Assembly: GCA_913040915.1 (NCBI GenBank)
Contig: CAJWHW010000004.1
Span: 15,351 to 79,350, forward strand
From: an uncultured Fidelibacterota bacterium
GTDB lineage: Bacteria > Fidelibacterota > Marinisomatia > Marinisomatales > UBA1611
Length of the DNA stretch: 64,000 nt
Direction: 5' to 3'
Positions 59,448 to 64,000 of the stretch are shown piece by piece. The position numbers and the translations under genes were made by a program. Below the pieces are notes generated by a model. That model was not told the DNA's origin, did not search any database, and saw only the letters and a list, made by a program, of their open reading frames with translations. How positions within the stretch are numbered: the first letter of the stretch is position 1; every line of letters begins with the position of its first letter.

Positions 59448-62400
59448 CGTCCGAATTTGTCCATTTACATAATCATTCTGATTATAGTTTACTCGATGGT
59501 GCGCAACGAATTGATCAATTGATAAATACCATTGATGATCTTGGTATGGACTCTGTTGCGCTAACTGAACACGGAAATATGTTTAGCGTCGTTCCTTATT
59601 ATAAAGAAGCAAAAAAGGCTGGTATAAAACCAATCATAGGTTGTGAGATATATGTGGCTGTAGGAAGCCGATTCGATAAGAAACCCAGAGCAGAGGGTGG
59701 TTGGGGGAATAATCATTTAATACTGTTAGCACAAAATTATACAGGATATAAAAACCTTATGAAATTAGTAACAGCTGGTTATCTGGAAGGTTTTTATTAT
59801 CGTCCAAGAATTGACATTGAATTACTTCGACAACATAGCGATGGCCTTATTTGTTTATCTGCATGTTTAAAAGGTGAAGTCCCAGAAAAAATGCTTCATG
59901 GAGATTATCAAGGAGCAAAGGAGGCTGCCCTTCGATTTTCTGAAATATTTCCTAATAGATATTATCTTGAAATTCAAAATCATGGTATTCCTGAAGAAGA
60001 AGCCAATATTAAAAATATGAAAAAATTGGCAGCCGAACTAAATCTGCCCTTGGTGTGCACTAATGACGCTCACTATGCAAAAAAAGATCATTGGGAAGCT
60101 CATGACATTCATATTTGTCTTGGCACAGGTAAAGAAAGAAGTGATCCAAACCGTCTCAAATATGCTACACCAGAATTTTATTTTAAATCTCAGGATGATA
60201 TGTTTGCATTGTTTAAGGAATTTCCACAGGCTATCGAAAATACGAGACGGATTGCAGATAGCATTGATATGACTCTACCTATGGGAGAATATCATTTACC
60301 AAATTATCCTATTCCAACCGATTCACCAACCCAAGATCCTGATGAATATTTAAAAATGTTAACTCAGGCTGGAGCTGAAGCAATCTATGGTGAAATATTA
60401 CCAGAAATACAAAAACGTATTGATCATGAATTAATGGTCATTCGGAACATGGGATTCGCCGGATATTTTCTCATTACAGCTGACTTTGTAAAATATTCAA
60501 AAAATATGAGCATTCCTGTGGGTCCAGGTAGAGGCTCTGCTGCAGGAAGTATTGTATCATTCTCTTTAGGTATTACTAGTATCGATCCACTGAAACATAA
60601 TTTACTATTTGAGCGATTCCTTAATCCAGAACGTATAAGTATGCCTGATATTGATATTGATTTTTGTATAGAACGACGAGGTGAAGTAATTGATTATATT
60701 AAACAACAGTATGGTGAAAATTCTGTCACACAAATTATTACTTTTGGGAAAATGAAGGCCAAACAGGTGGTAAGGGATGTAGGGCGTGTTATGGGTTATT
60801 CATTTGGAGAAGTGGATAAAATTGCAAAAGCCATTCCAAATGAATTGAATATTACTTTAGATAGTGCTCTAAATAAAAGTGACGATTTAAGAGAAATGGC
60901 AGAGGATGAATACAGTGAACTTATGTCTCACTCTAAAGTCCTTGAAGGGATGCATCGTCATGCTTCCATTCATGCGGCTGGCGTGGTAATTGCCCCTGGA
61001 AATTTAACGGACTACGTTCCTTTATATAAATCATCCACAGATGATGTTACAAGCCAATATGATATGAAAGGTCTGGAGGAATTGGGACTATTAAAAATGG
61101 ATTTCTTAGGCCTTAGAAATTTGACAGTGATCGATAAAGCCGTAAAACTCTTAAAAGAAAAGGGAATTAATATTGATTTAGAAAAGCTCTCGCTTGATGA
61201 TAAAAAAGTATATGAATTATTTACCAAAGGATTAACAATTGGTGTTTTTCAATTTGAATCTTCAGGTATGCGAGAATTTTTAAAAAAATTAAAACCTACA
61301 GCTATCGAAGATCTTATTGCCATGAATGCTCTGTATCGTCCTGGTCCTATGGATAACATCGATGATTTCATTGCTCGAAAGCATGGTAAAAAGAGGATTA
61401 ATTATTCTCATCCATTGATGGAACCCATTTTGCAGGAAACTTATGGAATTATTGTATATCAGGAACAGGTAATGCAGATCGCTCATGAAATTGCTGGTTT
61501 CACACTGGCTGAAGCAGATATAATGCGTCGAGCCATGGGGAAGAAGATAAAATCTCTGATGGATGAGTTAGCTGTTAAATTTATGGTTGGTGCTGAAAAG
61601 AATGGTATAAGAAAAAGAAAAGCAGAAGAAATTTTTTCATTAATTGAAAAATTTGCCCAATATGGATTTAACAAAAGCCACTCTACAGCTTATGCTTATA
61701 TCGCTTATCAAACAGCATGGCTGAAATCGTATTATCCGGCAGAGTTTATGAGTGCAAATCTTACCAGTGAAATGGGTACGATTGATCGGGTGGTTGTTCT
61801 AATAAATGAATGTAAAAAATTGGGGATTGACGTAACTCCACCGGATATCAATGTATCATTTGAAGATTTTAGACCTATTGATAATTCCACTATCTCTTAT
61901 GGATTGAACGCTATTAAAAATGTAGGTGCAAAAGCATTGGAAACTATTATTGAAGAGAGGGCGAAAAATGGAATTTATGAATCTATTTTCGATTTAACAT
62001 GCAGGGTGGATCAACAAAAAGTAAATAAACGTGTTTTAGAAAGTTTGGTTATGGCTGGGGCGCTTGATTCTCTAGAAGGTAATCGAGCTCAGAAATTTTC
62101 TGCTGTGGATGGGGCGGTAAGATATGGTCAACAAATGCAAATCGAAAAAGACCGAAACCAGGTGGGTTTATTTGGTGATGGTCCGGAGGATCTGCTCATA
62201 AAGGTACCGGATTTACAAAATATGGGTGATTGGAATGAAAAAGAATCCCTAGAAAAAGAAAAGGAAGTCTTGGGACTTTACGTTTCAGGACATCCGTTAT
62301 TAGAGCATGCAGAAGATTTAGAGGAATTCACTTCAATTGTATTTGGTGAAGAACAGAATATTTCAAAAAACGATTCTCTGGTAGTCGGAGGAATGATCAC

Positions 62401-62875
62401 AAGGATTGTAAAAAGGTTCGATCGACGGAATAGAGAAATGGCGTTTTTTAATCTGGATTGTTTAGGAGGACATGCTGAAGTAATTGCTTTTGCAGATTGC
62501 TTTAAGTCTTTTGGAAATTTAATTGTAGAGGGGAATGTTGTTTTTGTGAAAGGAAAAAATTCTGATGGAACAGATTTTTCCGATTTGAAGATTATGGGTG
62601 AAGAAATAATTTCCGTTGATAGAGTCAGAGACCGTTTATCGCAGCGTTTAAATATCAAATTTCCAATGAGTGAAACAAAGCCAGAGGATATGGATGCGCT
62701 CAGATTGATTGCAAAACGATACCCTGGTGAATGCCGATTAGTATTTCACCTCCCTAATAATGGATCTTCTCGCCTTGTGAAAGTCATGGCGCATAATATT
62801 AAGATCTCCACTGATCGTGAATTTATTCGAAAACTCAGGGAAAAATACGGCAAAGATAATGTCTGGGTAGAGTAA
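59444..62875 (+). CDS. dnaE: DNA polymerase III alpha subunit
   Basis: PHP domain HLHNHSDYSLLDG; GPGRGSAAGS, MPDIDIDF, GLLKMDFLGL and YGFNKSH motifs; internal clamp motif QVGLF; no intein apparent. Confidence 0.98.
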   Translation: MTSEFVHLHNHSDYSLLDGAQRIDQLINTIDDLGMDSVALTEHGNMFSVVPYYKEAKKAGIKPIIGCEIYVAVGSRFDKKPRAEGGWGNNHLILLAQNYTGYKNLMKLVTAGYLEGFYYRPRIDIELLRQHSDGLICLSACLKGEVPEKMLHGDYQGAKEAALRFSEIFPNRYYLEIQNHGIPEEEANIKNMKKLAAELNLPLVCTNDAHYAKKDHWEAHDIHICLGTGKERSDPNRLKYATPEFYFKSQDDMFALFKEFPQAIENTRRIADSIDMTLPMGEYHLPNYPIPTDSPTQDPDEYLKMLTQAGAEAIYGEILPEIQKRIDHELMVIRNMGFAGYFLITADFVKYSKNMSIPVGPGRGSAAGSIVSFSLGITSIDPLKHNLLFERFLNPERISMPDIDIDFCIERRGEVIDYIKQQYGENSVTQIITFGKMKAKQVVRDVGRVMGYSFGEVDKIAKAIPNELNITLDSALNKSDDLREMAEDEYSELMSHSKVLEGMHRHASIHAAGVVIAPGNLTDYVPLYKSSTDDVTSQYDMKGLEELGLLKMDFLGLRNLTVIDKAVKLLKEKGINIDLEKLSLDDKKVYELFTKGLTIGVFQFESSGMREFLKKLKPTAIEDLIAMNALYRPGPMDNIDDFIARKHGKKRINYSHPLMEPILQETYGIIVYQEQVMQIAHEIAGFTLAEADIMRRAMGKKIKSLMDELAVKFMVGAEKNGIRKRKAEEIFSLIEKFAQYGFNKSHSTAYAYIAYQTAWLKSYYPAEFMSANLTSEMGTIDRVVVLINECKKLGIDVTPPDINVSFEDFRPIDNSTISYGLNAIKNVGAKALETIIEERAKNGIYESIFDLTCRVDQQKVNKRVLESLVMAGALDSLEGNRAQKFSAVDGAVRYGQQMQIEKDRNQVGLFGDGPEDLLIKVPDLQNMGDWNEKESLEKEKEVLGLYVSGHPLLEHAEDLEEFTSIVFGEEQNISKNDSLVVGGMITRIVKRFDRRNREMAFFNLDCLGGHAEVIAFADCFKSFGNLIVEGNVVFVKGKNSDGTDFSDLKIMGEEIISVDRVRDRLSQRLNIKFPMSETKPEDMDALRLIAKRYPGECRLVFHLPNNGSSRLVKVMAHNIKISTDREFIRKLREKYGKDNVWVE

Positions 62876-62934
62876 ATATATTCTTTTAGATTATAAATAT
62901 ATAATAAACATATTATAAACAAATACTTTATTTA

Positions 62935-63378
62935 GTGATTGCTGTTATTCAAAGATGCTCCCGGGGGAAAGTTACTGTTGCGAAAAAAGTTATCAGTGAA
63001 ATCAAGCATGGTATGGTAATACTCTTAGGCGTTGATAAAATGGATACAGATACTGATGCCAATTATTTGGTAAATAAAATATCTGAGCTCAGAATCTTCA
63101 ATGATGAAAAAAACAAAATGAATTTATCTATTAAAGATGTGAATGGTACTGCTCTAGTAGTAAGTCAATTCACCTTATGTGGTGATACCCGGAAAGGAAG
63201 ACGTCCAAGTTTTATTAATGCAGCTCTTCCAGAAGTAGGGAATAGGCTTTATGAATATTTTATGGTACAGTTACAAGATAAAGGTATTCCTGTCGAATCC
63301 GGGGAATTTGGTGCTATGATGGATGTAGAATTAATAAATGAGGGGCCAGTAACCTTCGTTCTCAACAGTAAAGATTAA
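62935..63378 (+). CDS. dtd: D-aminoacyl-tRNA deacylase
   Basis: AVIQR, VSQFTL, KGRRPSF, GEFGAMM and NEGPVT motifs. Confidence 0.96.
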   Translation: MIAVIQRCSRGKVTVAKKVISEIKHGMVILLGVDKMDTDTDANYLVNKISELRIFNDEKNKMNLSIKDVNGTALVVSQFTLCGDTRKGRRPSFINAALPEVGNRLYEYFMVQLQDKGIPVESGEFGAMMDVELINEGPVTFVLNSKD

Positions 63379-63380
63379 TA

Positions 63381-64000
63381 CTAATATTTCTTCTTACTGA
63401 TAAAATTACCATCGGTATAAACACTTTCTTCTAATTTGTCTCCTCCTTTTTTCCATATAGTCCAAGTGCCGTCTCGATTTCCATTATCAGAATAATTTCC
63501 TTCTTTCCATTTTTCACCACTTTCATACCACCAAGTCCAAGATCCAACCCTGAGCTTTCCCTTATTTGGGCCCTCCGCCTTTTTTAAACCATTTTCATAC
63601 CATAAAGAATAAAGTCCGTCTTCCTGCCCTTGCTTAAATGTAGTTTCTTCTTTTTTTAGCCCCTTTTCATCAAATGTTGTCCATACACCTTCTTCTTTTC
63701 CATCTATGATTTTACCTTCCTTTGCTATTGTACCATTTTCATTGAATAAAGTATGTACTTCATCATTGTTCTTTTCAAAATTTATTTCTTTCACTTTTAT
63801 TCCATCTTCACCAAAAAACGTGTGGGATACATCTTTACCTAAATCAAAAACAATTTCTTTTTCTTTTACCCCTTTCTCATCATAATAAGTCCAAAGCCCA
63901 TCTTTCTTCCCATCTTTTAATTGACCTTCTTCTTTAGATAGGTCTTGCGTATCGGTAAAGCTGTTATCCGATACATCTGAGATAATGGCCCATTGACTGA
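63381..64000 (-). CDS. MORN-variant repeat (YwqK-like) protein, 5'-truncated by the window edge
   Basis: Repeats of the form G..EG.W..Y.ENG..K; the frame stays open upstream of the listed GTG at 63794 to the window end (...WAIISDVSDNSFTDTQDLSKEEGQLKDGKKDGLWTYY...). Confidence 0.8.
   Translation of the reverse strand, partial: SQWAIISDVSDNSFTDTQDLSKEEGQLKDGKKDGLWTYYDEKGVKEKEIVFDLGKDVSHTFFGEDGIKVKEINFEKNNDEVHTLFNENGTIAKEGKIIDGKEEGVWTTFDEKGLKKEETTFKQGQEDGLYSLWYENGLKKAEGPNKGKLRVGSWTWWYESGEKWKEGNYSDNGNRDGTWTIWKKGGDKLEESVYTDGNFISKKKY

Noticed and set aside
59444..62875. Intein or split in dnaE
   Set aside because: The length (1143 aa) and motif spacing are normal, with no intein-like insertion.
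63381..64000. Toxin-antitoxin module (YwqK-like antitoxin)
   Set aside because: MORN-variant repeats are common in non-TA proteins, the gene is cut by the window edge, and no toxin is visible.

Overview
A 64 kb, AT-rich, gene-dense bacterial chromosomal segment made up mostly of housekeeping genes. The archaeal/eukaryotic-type ProRS, type-B L31, DGGGP-synthase-like UbiA and low GC suggest an FCB-group organism, plausibly Marinimicrobia/SAR406; this is an inference that was not tested. 0.15-18.3 kb is a minus-strand de novo purine supercluster (purA-L-M-Q-C-E-B-F...D-N-H). It has a PurQ carrying two fused PurS-like domains and a class II-type PurE with no purK, and it is interrupted by an esterase, a cupin and a divergent AT-rich xylulokinase/Na+-sugar symporter pair. 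18-33 kb holds mixed accessory genes: an iodotyrosine-deiodinase-like flavoprotein, a diheme cytochrome/beta-helix pair, an endonuclease V homolog with lost catalytic residues and a C-terminal clamp-binding-like motif, a UGA-interrupted ArsC that is very likely a selenoprotein with a SECIS hairpin, a degenerate type II dehydroquinase, mgtE and others. 33-40 kb holds proS, recO, a rhomboid protease, an orphan Na+-type MotA/MotB pair, ftsB and eno. 40-48 kb is a glycan cluster with two sulfotransferases, followed by two paralogous small membrane proteins with their own expression signals. 49-64 kb runs amidase-murI-folC-rho-[Cas6b-like]-aminotransferase-rpmE-prfA-prmC-ubiA-like-dnaE-dtd and ends in a truncated MORN-repeat gene. 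The most striking item is a stand-alone Cas6b-like gene with a long charged, disordered tail, embedded in the rho-rpmE-prfA-prmC string with no CRISPR array or other cas gene in the window. I saw no tRNA, rRNA, CRISPR array or transposase. All family calls come from motif recognition by eye, without database searches.
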